Assembly: GCA_037138355.1 (NCBI GenBank)
Contig: JBAXIL010000008.1
Coordinates: 1-51,495 of the forward strand
Direction of reading: 5' to 3'
Origin: a bacterium
GTDB lineage: Bacteria > Oederibacteriota > PGYV01 > Palsa-1178
Length of the DNA stretch: 51,495 nt
The first letter of the stretch is position 1, and the number at the start of each line of letters is the position of its first letter. The notes beneath the pieces were generated by a model that worked only from the letters and a program-made list of their open reading frames with translations, did no database searches and was not told the origin of the DNA. This document shows positions 1-8,134 of this stretch, piece by piece. The translations under genes were made by a program, and so were the position numbers.

Positions 1-81
1 GGATTATACACAACTCCTATCCCTGCTTTACTGACACCATCGCTAAATTTCCGCGCGAATTATGGATACAAACATTTACAA

Positions 82-273
82 CTATTTTTTACCACCAAAT
101 CTTTTTTTCATAAAACTTGTTGGAAAAAGAACTGCATACTTCTTTCCCTGCCACTTAATAATCTTATCTATACATCCATTACAAATGTCCACCAAGTGTT
201 TTTCATCGATTTTAAGTTGATGAAAATCAACGCTATAGTTATCTATGGCTTTTTTACATAAAGTACATTTCAT
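82..273 (-). CDS. Small putative zinc-binding protein (CxxC...CxxC)
   Basis: 63 aa ORF with CTLC and CNGC motifs and a basic C-terminus, 17 nt after the stop of the NHL lipoprotein gene; no clear RBS. Confidence 0.6.
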   Translation of the reverse strand: MKCTLCKKAIDNYSVDFHQLKIDEKHLVDICNGCIDKIIKWQGKKYAVLFPTSFMKKRFGGKK

Positions 274-290
274 ATATTACTTCGATTAAA

Positions 291-1667
291 TTATGGTCCA
301 AATTTTTGAATTCTATGGTTATACTGATCTGAAACATATATATAGCCACTGCTATCCACTGCGATACCATATGGTCCACTAAACTGACCATTTCCACTTC
401 CAGTTCCGCCCCATTGCGTAACATATACTCCTACATTTGTGAATTTTTGTATTCTGTTATTCTGTGAATCCGCTACATATACACAACCACTGCTATCCAC
501 GGCTACTCCATACGGCGTGTTGAACTGTCCTGCTCCACTTCCACCACTACCCCATTTTAATATATATGTGCCAGTATCGCTAAATTTCACAATCCTGTTA
601 TTAGATGTATCAGCTATAAAGACATTTCCAATATTATCTGCTGCTATACCATACGGATATATAAGTTTACCATCACTGCTTCCATATCCTCCCCACTGTC
701 CCTCGGAATAACCAGTAGTATCATATTTCTTAATAATGCTATTAGCATAATCCTCAACATAGACATTTCCGAGATTGTCTGCCGCTATTCCTCGAGGACT
801 ATTAAACGAGCCTCCCCACTGCGTTAGATATCCACCTGTTTTAGTAAATTTCTGTACTCTATTATTGGTAGTATCTATAACTTCCACATTCCCGTCTTTA
901 TCTACGGCAACTCCATATGGCTGATTAAACTGGCCATTACCACTTCCGCCACTCCCCCACTTAGTCAAAAAAGTACCTGTATTACTAAATTTTTGTATTC
1001 TGTTATAGTTTTCATCTACAGCATAAACATTTCCATCACTATCAACTGCAACTCCACAAATAAAACCAAATTGTAAATCACCAGAACCAACACTTCCCCA
1101 CTGCGTAACATAAGGCGGAGGAGTACATGTTATAGTTGGTGTCTGAGTAATCGTAAATGTATCTGTGCTTGTTGGTGTATCTGTAACCGTATTTGTAATA
1201 GTGTATGTCGGTGATACTGTGTATGTGTTAGTAATTGTTGCCGTATTAGTAACCGTATTTGTGACTGTATTTGTTACGGTATTAGTAATCGTATATGTAT
1301 TTGTACTTGTTACAGTGTCGGTAAAAGTATCTGTTATTGTTTTTGTTATCGTATTAGTTGCAGTATTTGTATCTACATTTGTTACCGTATCAGTAACAGT
1401 ATATGTTTTTGTATTTGTTTCTGTGCTAATAGTTGTATTCGTATTTGTGATTGTCAAAGTATTAGGATCAGTTGGAGTTGTTGTTACGGTTGCACTTGCA
1501 ATTTCAGTTGGAGTTTCTGATGATACTATTGTTAACATTGTCGTGACGGTTAAAGTTGCTGATGATATTATGGGGACTTCCGTGACTCCTGCTGTAGGTG
1601 AATTGATTTTACAACTGAAACAAAATAAAATAATTGCGAATATAAAAACTACGATAATTTTTTTCAT
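291..1667 (-). CDS. Lipoprotein with Thr-rich stalk and NHL-repeat six-bladed beta-propeller
   Basis: Signal peptide ending FSC; ~150 aa (T-x)n linker; six repeats of type F..P.G(V/I)A(V/A)D..GNVY..D..N.RIQKF. Confidence 0.9.
   Translation of the reverse strand: MKKIIVVFIFAIILFCFSCKINSPTAGVTEVPIISSATLTVTTMLTIVSSETPTEIASATVTTTPTDPNTLTITNTNTTISTETNTKTYTVTDTVTNVDTNTATNTITKTITDTFTDTVTSTNTYTITNTVTNTVTNTVTNTATITNTYTVSPTYTITNTVTDTPTSTDTFTITQTPTITCTPPPYVTQWGSVGSGDLQFGFICGVAVDSDGNVYAVDENYNRIQKFSNTGTFLTKWGSGGSGNGQFNQPYGVAVDKDGNVEVIDTTNNRVQKFTKTGGYLTQWGGSFNSPRGIAADNLGNVYVEDYANSIIKKYDTTGYSEGQWGGYGSSDGKLIYPYGIAADNIGNVFIADTSNNRIVKFSDTGTYILKWGSGGSGAGQFNTPYGVAVDSSGCVYVADSQNNRIQKFTNVGVYVTQWGGTGSGNGQFSGPYGIAVDSSGYIYVSDQYNHRIQKFGP
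1120..1500 (-). repeat. Coding low-complexity (T-x)n repeat
   Basis: Translation TNTVTNTVTNTVTNTATITNTYT..., Thr at nearly every second residue. Confidence 0.85.
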
Positions 1668-1695
1668 TTTTTCACACCCTCTTTCTTCTACCCCT

Positions 1696-1725
1696 ATATC
1701 TAACCCATGTTAGATATTTTGTCAA
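1696..1725 (-). promoter_or_regulatory. Candidate promoter with overlapping inverted repeat
   Basis: TTGACA (1725-1720), 17 nt, then TAGATA; palindrome ATATCTAAC-ccat-GTTAGATAT at 1696-1717. Confidence 0.4.
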
Positions 1726-1792
1726 GTGTTTGCCACACAAAAATCAAAATCGTTTTGAATTGCTTGTTATAATAATTTAATTAAAAACAAAA

Positions 1793-1818
1793 AAAAAGCC
1801 CGCTTTCGCGGGCTTTTT
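1793..1818 (-). terminator. Rho-independent terminator (bidirectional form)
   Basis: Minus strand AAAAA-GCCCGC-GAAA-GCGGGC-TTTTT. Confidence 0.9.
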
Positions 1819-1896
1819 AATTGAAATGACAACATTAATCACATAAACTTATCTTAATGTTTATAATCTAAATACAATCCAAAGAATCTCAATAAA

Positions 1897-2634
1897 CTAA
1901 TAGTTGAAATCATCAAAATAGATTGTTACTCCTGTAACATCTTTTGTTACATCACTTGCATAAGCAGGAAGTTTTTCGATTCTAATTCCTATTTTATAAG
2001 TTATTGATGGATCATTTAAGTTGCCTGTTGCCATATCACTTACTGCAACTGAAATCTGAACCCATCCAGCTGTATTTAAAGGCGTGATTCCACCATACAT
2101 CCAGTGATGCATTGTATCCTGCATAAATAGGGTTGCCTGATATGCTCCTGAATCTGCCATGGCCTGCGGTACTTTTATCCAAACAGACATTGTCTTACCC
2201 ACCAGATTCAAGCTTGGTGAAGGTTCCATAATAAAATCTCCGACTCTATGGGCAGGATTAACTGATGCATCATAATTCCCGCTACAAGCAGCACTTCCTG
2301 CGGCATTATGTCCTTCTGTAGCGTTCCATACAGGATTAGTCAATCCCTGCTCGCCAGCATTGTATATAGGACTTGAAGTTTGCCAGCCACCCAAAGACGA
2401 GTCATAACTTTGAATTGCAATTGTTGCCGTATTCGTCGCGGTAGCTGTTGGAAGTGAAGTTGCAGTATATGTTAATGTTAAAGTTGCTGTTGGAGTTGAA
2501 GTTGCCGTTGCAATTGCTGTTGCAGTTGCCGTTGGAGGAATCGTTGGCAAGATGTCAGATGGTCCAAGTTTTGTACTGCACCCCATAATTAATGCCGAAA
2601 TAAAAGCCATTGCAGCTAAAACAATTCTTTTCAT
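1897..2634 (-). CDS. Lipoprotein with Thr/Ala linker and carbohydrate-binding-module-like beta-sandwich
   Basis: Start moved to ATG 2634 (RBS AAGGGGG); lipobox MGC; PTATATAIATAT linker; domain with SVWIKVP, GWVQISV, KIGIRI and TIYFDDF typical of galactose-binding-like CBMs. Confidence 0.7.
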   Translation of the reverse strand: MKRIVLAAMAFISALIMGCSTKLGPSDILPTIPPTATATAIATATSTPTATLTLTYTATSLPTATATNTATIAIQSYDSSLGGWQTSSPIYNAGEQGLTNPVWNATEGHNAAGSAACSGNYDASVNPAHRVGDFIMEPSPSLNLVGKTMSVWIKVPQAMADSGAYQATLFMQDTMHHWMYGGITPLNTAGWVQISVAVSDMATGNLNDPSITYKIGIRIEKLPAYASDVTKDVTGVTIYFDDFNY

Positions 2635-2822
2635 GTTTTCCCCCTTAATGTTTTTATCCAATAAAAAATATATTTAAACCTACTTATTTCTCATATTTAT
2701 TATTTCCACGCACTTTGATTCAATTTTCCTTATTAAAATACTATCACAAATATAGAATAATTCAAGTATATAAACAAGCATTGTTTTAAATACAAATAAT
2801 TACAGATTGAAGTTAATAAAAT

Positions 2823-2850
2823 AAAAAAGCCCGCTTTCGCGGGCTTTTTT
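2823..2850 (-). terminator. Rho-independent terminator, same core as 1793-1818
   Basis: AAAAAA-GCCCGC-TTTC-GCGGGC-TTTTTT on +. Confidence 0.9.
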
Positions 2851-2929
2851 GGTTTAGCAAACATTATCTATACAGAACTTTCTACCAATATAAATATCAT
2901 AACTACCGACTACACACGAGCTTCACTTG

Positions 2930-3850
2930 TTAAGGAGTTACAAACATAGTATTAGTGCCAGATGTATTTAGCGGCACATAAAAATCTATAAGCCCACTAC
3001 CTAAATCAGCTTCAACAAGTACGCTTCCTGTTATTGTGTAATTCACATATAAGGTACCAGAAACTATATAATTAAGCACTCCTAATAGAGCCGTATAATT
3101 AAATGTAATTGGCAAATTATTGATAGATATAGTTTCGAGTGCAGCTACTGGTATCGGTGATACAGGCGTATAGGTCATCTTATTAGATACAGCACCATTT
3201 ACATTTACAGTGTAAATAACTTTTTGCACTGTAACAGCGTGAGAATCATTGTTTAATACATCTGTTTTATTAATCTGCACAGTTGCAGGTGAGCCAGTTG
3301 GATTGACATAAGGAATCGGCGGACTGCCAATACTTGTCACAACAAAGCCCTGCGTATTGTCCATTGTGATTGTAGGTTGAAGAAAAAAGTCATTAAGGTC
3401 TATCGTAAGATCAGCATTGCCACTTATATTTAATGGCAAGTCCTGATCTCCTAATGGTGTGCCCGCAAATATGTTGCCAGTCACAGAATAGCCAAGCGGA
3501 CTGCCACCACCTATTTTCATCAACAATGCAGTTGCGTCAGCAGTCACAAAAGTAAGTGGCAGTTTTTTCTGTATTGTCTGACCGCCCTTCATAGTAAATG
3601 GTGTCGAATAAGTCATATCCTGCGATTGAACGCCTTCAACTGTTACTTTATATGTAACATTCTTGGCTTCTCCATCATGCGAATCATTATTTTTAATATC
3701 GCAAGTCATTAGCAGATATGTGTATTCCCCAGGCGGTGCCGTGAGTTCATAGTCAACTACAGTAACACTCGGCTGTTGAAAAAAATCTTTCGCCTTGCAC
3801 CCCGTAAAGATAAAAATTAAAACCGACATTGACAAAATCAAACTACGCAT
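2930..3850 (-). CDS. Lipoprotein with two tandem LEA_2/WHy-like domains
   Basis: RBS AAGGAGG; lipobox TGC; internal duplication (DFF.QP...NNDSH...V.Y.V.V.G..S..MTY...LP.TF...Y..TG). Confidence 0.7.
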   Translation of the reverse strand: MRSLILSMSVLIFIFTGCKAKDFFQQPSVTVVDYELTAPPGEYTYLLMTCDIKNNDSHDGEAKNVTYKVTVEGVQSQDMTYSTPFTMKGGQTIQKKLPLTFVTADATALLMKIGGGSPLGYSVTGNIFAGTPLGDQDLPLNISGNADLTIDLNDFFLQPTITMDNTQGFVVTSIGSPPIPYVNPTGSPATVQINKTDVLNNDSHAVTVQKVIYTVNVNGAVSNKMTYTPVSPIPVAALETISINNLPITFNYTALLGVLNYIVSGTLYVNYTITGSVLVEADLGSGLIDFYVPLNTSGTNTMFVTP

Positions 3851-3917
3851 AATCTCCTCCTTTTACATACACAAATTTCCTGAAATTCACATTCAGGATT
3901 AAATATCATAATTTGGA

Positions 3918-4646
3918 CTATTCACAAGACGCATAAATACAGGCCGCAGTATTGGCATAATTTTCGTAAAATGAACAAGAAGGCGTGGTTGGAAGCTGAC
4001 CTGGGTCCAGAACACTCAATGTATAACCGGACACACTGGTATTTACACCGTATAAGCCCTCATTTGAAGTAAATGCAAGCCAATAATTTCCAGCACTAAC
4101 GGCTAAATCCGGCACATCCAACGCCATCCATCCTGTTCCACTCAATTGCTGAGAACTGCTTATAGTCAATATGGATCCAGGACAATTACTCACATCGCTG
4201 TAAACCGCTGCCTGAAAACTTTTACTCGAAGCATTGACATAAATATATATTTTTTTTATCGTACCGCTTCCAGCAACAGCCACCTGTTGAAAAATCGTAT
4301 TCGAATGACATTGATAAGTACCTGAATTTCCGCCACTATACCCCGCGACTACACATGGAGTATCAGTTATTGTAAATGTAGGGGTTATTGTTGCAGTTGC
4401 TGTTGCGGTATCAGTATCTGTTATTGTTTGCGTTATTGTAGGGGTTGAGGTATCTGTAACAGTTCCAATATTAGTGTATGTTGCCGTGATAGTTGCAGTA
4501 TTTGCAGGCAAAGAAGGTCCCGAAGTTGTTTTGTTTTTACAACTAATCATAAAAATCATAACAATCAAAACAAACAAAACAATTCTAACAATTATAATTT
4601 TTTTTATTTTTATTACAGAAATATTTGTATTTATCATTTTTCTCAC
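3918..4646 (-). CDS. Lipoprotein with Thr-rich linker and beta-sandwich head (DUF4082-like)
   Basis: Probable GTG start 4646 after AAGGGGAG; lipobox ISC; TITQTITDTDTATAT linker; AAVYSD...PGSIL...GW...AGNYWLAF motif. Confidence 0.7.
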   Translation of the reverse strand: MRKMINTNISVIKIKKIIIVRIVLFVLIVMIFMISCKNKTTSGPSLPANTATITATYTNIGTVTDTSTPTITQTITDTDTATATATITPTFTITDTPCVVAGYSGGNSGTYQCHSNTIFQQVAVAGSGTIKKIYIYVNASSKSFQAAVYSDVSNCPGSILTISSSQQLSGTGWMALDVPDLAVSAGNYWLAFTSNEGLYGVNTSVSGYTLSVLDPGQLPTTPSCSFYENYANTAACIYASCE

Positions 4647-4787
4647 CGAAGATTCTCCCCTTGTAAAAAAAATCAAAAGCCATACTAATCCATTTGCAAT
4701 TTAGATATATCATAAATTAAAATTTAATGCAAATAAAATATTAATTATTTAGTGGATACTAACCTTCCTGATTTTTTGTGATATAAA

Positions 4788-4827
4788 AAGAAAAGCCCTT
4801 CTTCATTTCTGAAGAAGGGCTTTCTTT
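4788..4827 (-). terminator. Terminator directly after tRNA-Asp
   Basis: AAAGCCCTTCTTCA/TGAAGAAGGGCTTT hairpin, followed by a T-rich tail on the minus strand. Confidence 0.88.
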
Positions 4828-4828
4828 A

Positions 4829-4905
4829 TGGCGGGAGTGACGAGGCTCGAACTCGCGACCTCCTGCGTGACAGGCAGGCGCTCTAACCAACTGAGCTACA
4901 CCCCC
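4829..4905 (-). tRNA. tRNA-Asp(GUC)
   Basis: GGGGGTGTAGCTCAGTTGGTTAGAGCGCCTGCCT-GTC-ACGCAGGAGGTCGCGAGTTCGAGCCTCGTCACTCCCGCCA, 77 nt, encoded CCA. Confidence 0.98.
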
Positions 4906-4916
4906 ATTTACCTCAT

Positions 4917-4984
4917 AGAATTTGGGAGGAAGGTACAAACAGTTTACAGAATCTGCAAACCCACCTTCACTTAATCCAAATTCT
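4917..4984 (-). ncRNA. Unassigned 68-nt three-helix hairpin in the tRNA-Asp leader
   Basis: Helices AGAATTTGG/CCAAATTCT, GAAGGT/ACCTTC and GTTTGCAG/CTGTAAAC; mismatches become G-U pairs only on the minus strand. Confidence 0.4.
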
Positions 4985-5174
4985 TTTTAGTTAATGGAAA
5001 GAACAATCTATTACTTCAATAATATTATACTTTATCCTCTTTTATATCAAGAGATTTTTGTCTTTCTGCTTTATCTAATTTCTAATTTTTTTATATCAAT
5101 GACTTTTTGCCTTTTTTTCCTTATCTACTCTCACCTATCTAATTTCTATTTTCTCCATTTTTGCGTAGCAAAAA

Positions 5175-5251
5175 TGGTGGGCGCTGAGGGACTCGAACCC
5201 CCGACCCTCTGCGTGTAAGGCAGATGCTCTAACCAACTGAGCTAAGCGCCC
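5175..5251 (-). tRNA. tRNA-Val(UAC)
   Basis: GGGCGCTTAGCTCAGTTGGTTAGAGCATCTGCCT-TAC-ACGCAGAGGGTCGGGGGTTCGAGTCCCTCAGCGCCCACCA, 77 nt. Confidence 0.98.
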
Positions 5252-5264
5252 GCGTTTATAAACA

Positions 5265-5377
5265 AGTCTCAACAACCTCAATGGTCGCAGAAATCTCAAT
5301 AGTCACGACTAAAAAACAAAAGTCGCAACACTCTCAAAAGTCATAACAAACTCAATCATTCAAAGAACAAACTCAAA
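5265..5377. repeat. Degenerate ~9-nt tandem repeat in the tRNA-Val leader
   Basis: agtctcaac aacctcaat ggtcgcaga aatctcaat agtcacgac ... agtcgcaac actctcaaa agtcataac aaactcaat. Confidence 0.6.
5359..5370 (-). promoter_or_regulatory. boxA-like antitermination element
   Basis: TTGTTCTTTGAA upstream of tRNA-Val resembles stable-RNA boxA (GTTCTTTGAA); a weaker copy TTGTTCTTTCCA lies near 4995-5006. Confidence 0.5.
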
Positions 5378-5411
5378 TCACACTAAAAAGTGCAAATACA
5401 AAACGATATAT

Positions 5412-5440
5412 AAAATAACTTAATATCAAACAATTGTCAA
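5412..5440 (-). promoter_or_regulatory. Sigma70-type promoter of tRNA-Val
   Basis: TTGACA-17 nt-TATTTT. Confidence 0.55.
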
Positions 5441-5475
5441 TTAGTATCTTTACTCATAAAAGACTATAAACAAAG

Positions 5476-6210
5476 CTATTTTGAATTTTTGCCGCTTATA
5501 TTTTTTAACATCGCATGATAAAGTACTATTGCCGCGGCATTAGAAACATTTAGAGAATCCAGCTTACCTGCCTGCCTAATTTTAACCAAAAAGTCGCAGT
5601 TCTTTTTAACAAGTGGCCTCATTCCTTTGCCTTCATTGCCAAGTACTATCACGGTTTTATTATCAAAAACAATTTCATCAAGGTATTTATCCCCTGCCAT
5701 ATCCATGCCATATATCCAGAAACCATTTTTCTTTAATGCCTCAAGCGCCTGATTGATATTTACCACTTCTATAATATCTATCATATCTACAGCACCGCTT
5801 GATGTTTTAAACACAGTGTCATTAATAGGAGCAGTTCTTCTCGTTGGCACCACTATCCCTGCCACACCTAATACTTCACAGCTTCTAATAATTGCACCAA
5901 AGTTATGCGGATCTTCTACTTCATCTAAAACTGCTATGGTTATATTAGTATCATTATGCGTACATAAAAACTCTTCAAGCGAAACTGTTTTAACATCATC
6001 TATCAGCGCTGCAATTCCCTGATTTTTATCAGTTCCTGTTAGCTTGTCTAACTTATCTCTTGTTTCAAATATAACTTTTACATTCTTTGCTTTTGCAGCC
6101 GTCAATATATCTCCAACATCTTTTATTCTGTCTATCATATGTATCTCTTGTATTTCCCTTTTATTACCTGTTAAGACCTCACGAATCACATTTCTACCGT
6201 AAATGAACAT
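5476..6210 (-). CDS. rlmB: 23S rRNA (G2251-2'-O)-methyltransferase, TrmH/SpoU family
   Basis: IYGRN, LDEVEDPHNFGAIIRS, GNEGKG and SLNVSNA motifs; follows cysS. Confidence 0.92.
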   Translation of the reverse strand: MFIYGRNVIREVLTGNKREIQEIHMIDRIKDVGDILTAAKAKNVKVIFETRDKLDKLTGTDKNQGIAALIDDVKTVSLEEFLCTHNDTNITIAVLDEVEDPHNFGAIIRSCEVLGVAGIVVPTRRTAPINDTVFKTSSGAVDMIDIIEVVNINQALEALKKNGFWIYGMDMAGDKYLDEIVFDNKTVIVLGNEGKGMRPLVKKNCDFLVKIRQAGKLDSLNVSNAAAIVLYHAMLKNISGKNSK

Positions 6211-7593
6211 TTATTTTAACTCCTTTATAATGAAAGTTCCTGTTTTTGTGTATTCAAGTATATAGCCAAGTTGGCTCACTTCTTTTTTCATGGCATCTGC
6301 TTTTTCATATTGTTTATCATTTCGAAGGACAGCAATTTGTTTTACGAGTTCAAGCGCTTCATTACTCGGAGCTTCAAACTTAGGATATATTTTCAAAACC
6401 TCAGTCATTTCTTTGATATCTGCTTCTAACATTTTTAAATTAGCCACCATAGGTCCTTCATACTTATCAAGCTTCTTACCTAATATAAGATTTTTGGCAT
6501 CATTTACAGCATCATAGATAATACCTAATGCCTTTGCAGTATTAAAATCTTCGTCTAAGGCCTCGATAAATGCTGCTACATAAGGACTTTTAATACCATT
6601 TGACTTACCTTCAAGCTGAGCTAAACGCTGCAGCGTGTAACTTATTTCCGTATAACCTTTCTTCACAGCTTCAATATTATCTCTTGAAAAATCTATCGGT
6701 CCGCGATAATGTGCTGACAAAATAAACATTCTAATAACCTCTGCTGGATAATCAATTATAATATCCCTCACAAAAACAAAATTACCTTTTGATTTTGACA
6801 TTTTCTCGCCGCTTATATTCATATAACCAACATGCATCCAATAATTTACAAACTTTACATGGTTTGCGGCTTCTGACTGCGCGCGCTCATTTTCATGGTG
6901 AGGAAACACAAGGTCTGCTCCGCCACCGTGTATATCAAAAGTATCATTTAAATATTTGGAAGACATAGCAGAACACTCAATATGCCAACCAGGTCTGCCT
7001 GCACCCCAAGGACTTTCCCAAAACGGCTCTCCAGGTTTTGAGAACTTCCAAAGTGCAAAATCCAGTCCGCTTTTCTTTTCATCATCCACTTCTACCCTTG
7101 CGCCTTCTTTTAATTCTTCCATATTTTGGTGAGATAGTTCTCCATAAGCAGGAAACTTATCTACCGAAAAATAAACTCCATTTTTTGAAACATAAGCAGT
7201 GCCTTCATCTACCAGTTTTTTAATAAGTTCTAACATTTTAGGTATTTCTTCTGTAGCCTTGGGACTCACATTTGGTAAATCTATATTCATTTTCTTTATA
7301 TCTTCAATATATGCCTTCGTGTATTGAGTGGCTACATCACTCCATAAAACGCCATCTGCCTTAGCTTTATTGATTATTTTATCGTCTATATCAGTTATGT
7401 TCTGCACAAAAGTTACCTTATAACCACGATATTTAAAATAATTTCTAAGAGTATCAAAAAGAGTAAACACCCTTGAGTTTCCTATATGAAAGTAATTATA
7501 AACCGTAGGCCCACAGGCATACATTTTAACTTCTCCTGGTGTGACTGGAACAAACTCTTCTATTTTCTGTGATAAAGTGTTGTAGAGTTTCAT
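6211..7593 (-). CDS. cysS: Cysteine--tRNA ligase
   Basis: CGPTVY..HIGN, GRPGWHIECSAM, KMSKS; start moved to MKLYNT. Confidence 0.98.
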   Translation of the reverse strand: MKLYNTLSQKIEEFVPVTPGEVKMYACGPTVYNYFHIGNSRVFTLFDTLRNYFKYRGYKVTFVQNITDIDDKIINKAKADGVLWSDVATQYTKAYIEDIKKMNIDLPNVSPKATEEIPKMLELIKKLVDEGTAYVSKNGVYFSVDKFPAYGELSHQNMEELKEGARVEVDDEKKSGLDFALWKFSKPGEPFWESPWGAGRPGWHIECSAMSSKYLNDTFDIHGGGADLVFPHHENERAQSEAANHVKFVNYWMHVGYMNISGEKMSKSKGNFVFVRDIIIDYPAEVIRMFILSAHYRGPIDFSRDNIEAVKKGYTEISYTLQRLAQLEGKSNGIKSPYVAAFIEALDEDFNTAKALGIIYDAVNDAKNLILGKKLDKYEGPMVANLKMLEADIKEMTEVLKIYPKFEAPSNEALELVKQIAVLRNDKQYEKADAMKKEVSQLGYILEYTKTGTFIIKELK

Positions 7594-7629
7594 TTTATTC
7601 CTCATTATTATGTAATTTTAATTCAATTT

Positions 7630-8100
7630 TTATTTCAACAACACCACAGCATGCGCTGCAATTCCTTCTTTTCTGCCTGTAAAACCAAGTCCCTCTTCGG
7701 TTGTGGCTTTTACTCCTACCTGCTTAACACTAATTACAAGTATATTTGCAAGTATTTCTTTTATTTCATCAATTTTCGGTGCCATTTTAGGAAATTCTGC
7801 CACCACTATAGAATCAATATTTTCTATAGAATATCCAGCTTTTTTAATAAGCATATCTACTTGTTTTAAAAGTTCTGTGGACCTAATACCACGAAACTTT
7901 TCATCTTTGTCGGAAAAATAGTGTCCTATATCCTTCAAACCTGCCGCTCCAAGCATAGCATCCATAATTGCATGTATGAGCACATCGGCATCTGAGTGAC
8001 CTTCAAGACCAAACTCAGCATTTTCAAACTCCACACCACCGATAAATAACTTTCTGCCTTTTACAAGCTTATGAACATCATAACCAATTCCAATTCTCAT
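7630..8100 (-). CDS. ispF: 2-C-methyl-D-erythritol 2,4-cyclodiphosphate synthase
   Basis: RIGIGYDVH, GHSDADV, KATTEE. Confidence 0.97.
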   Translation of the reverse strand: MRIGIGYDVHKLVKGRKLFIGGVEFENAEFGLEGHSDADVLIHAIMDAMLGAAGLKDIGHYFSDKDEKFRGIRSTELLKQVDMLIKKAGYSIENIDSIVVAEFPKMAPKIDEIKEILANILVISVKQVGVKATTEEGLGFTGRKEGIAAHAVVLLK

Positions 8101-8134
8101 AAGAGCTCCTTATTCGAAGTCCTAACTTTTTTCA

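Noticed and set aside
1..81. Minus-strand peptide FSDGVSKAGIGVVYN, vaguely RNase HI-like
   Set aside because: In-frame stop just upstream, no start codon, and too short at the window edge to judge
1165..1713. 182-aa Val-rich + strand ORF, and similar ORFs at 4474-4704, 30515-30787 and opposite the 50.5-51.5 kb repeat
   Set aside because: Antisense shadows of Thr-rich codon repeats, which lack stops on the other strand
4917..4984. Integron attC site or SRP RNA
   Set aside because: No RYYYAAC/GTTRRRY ends, no integrase, and no SRP GGAA-loop motif
4994..5218. 74-aa + strand ORF
   Set aside because: Runs antisense into tRNA-Val; low-complexity, T-rich, no RBS
5265..5377. Possible CRISPR array
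   Set aside because: Units are ~9 nt, degenerate and contiguous, with no unique spacers or cas genes
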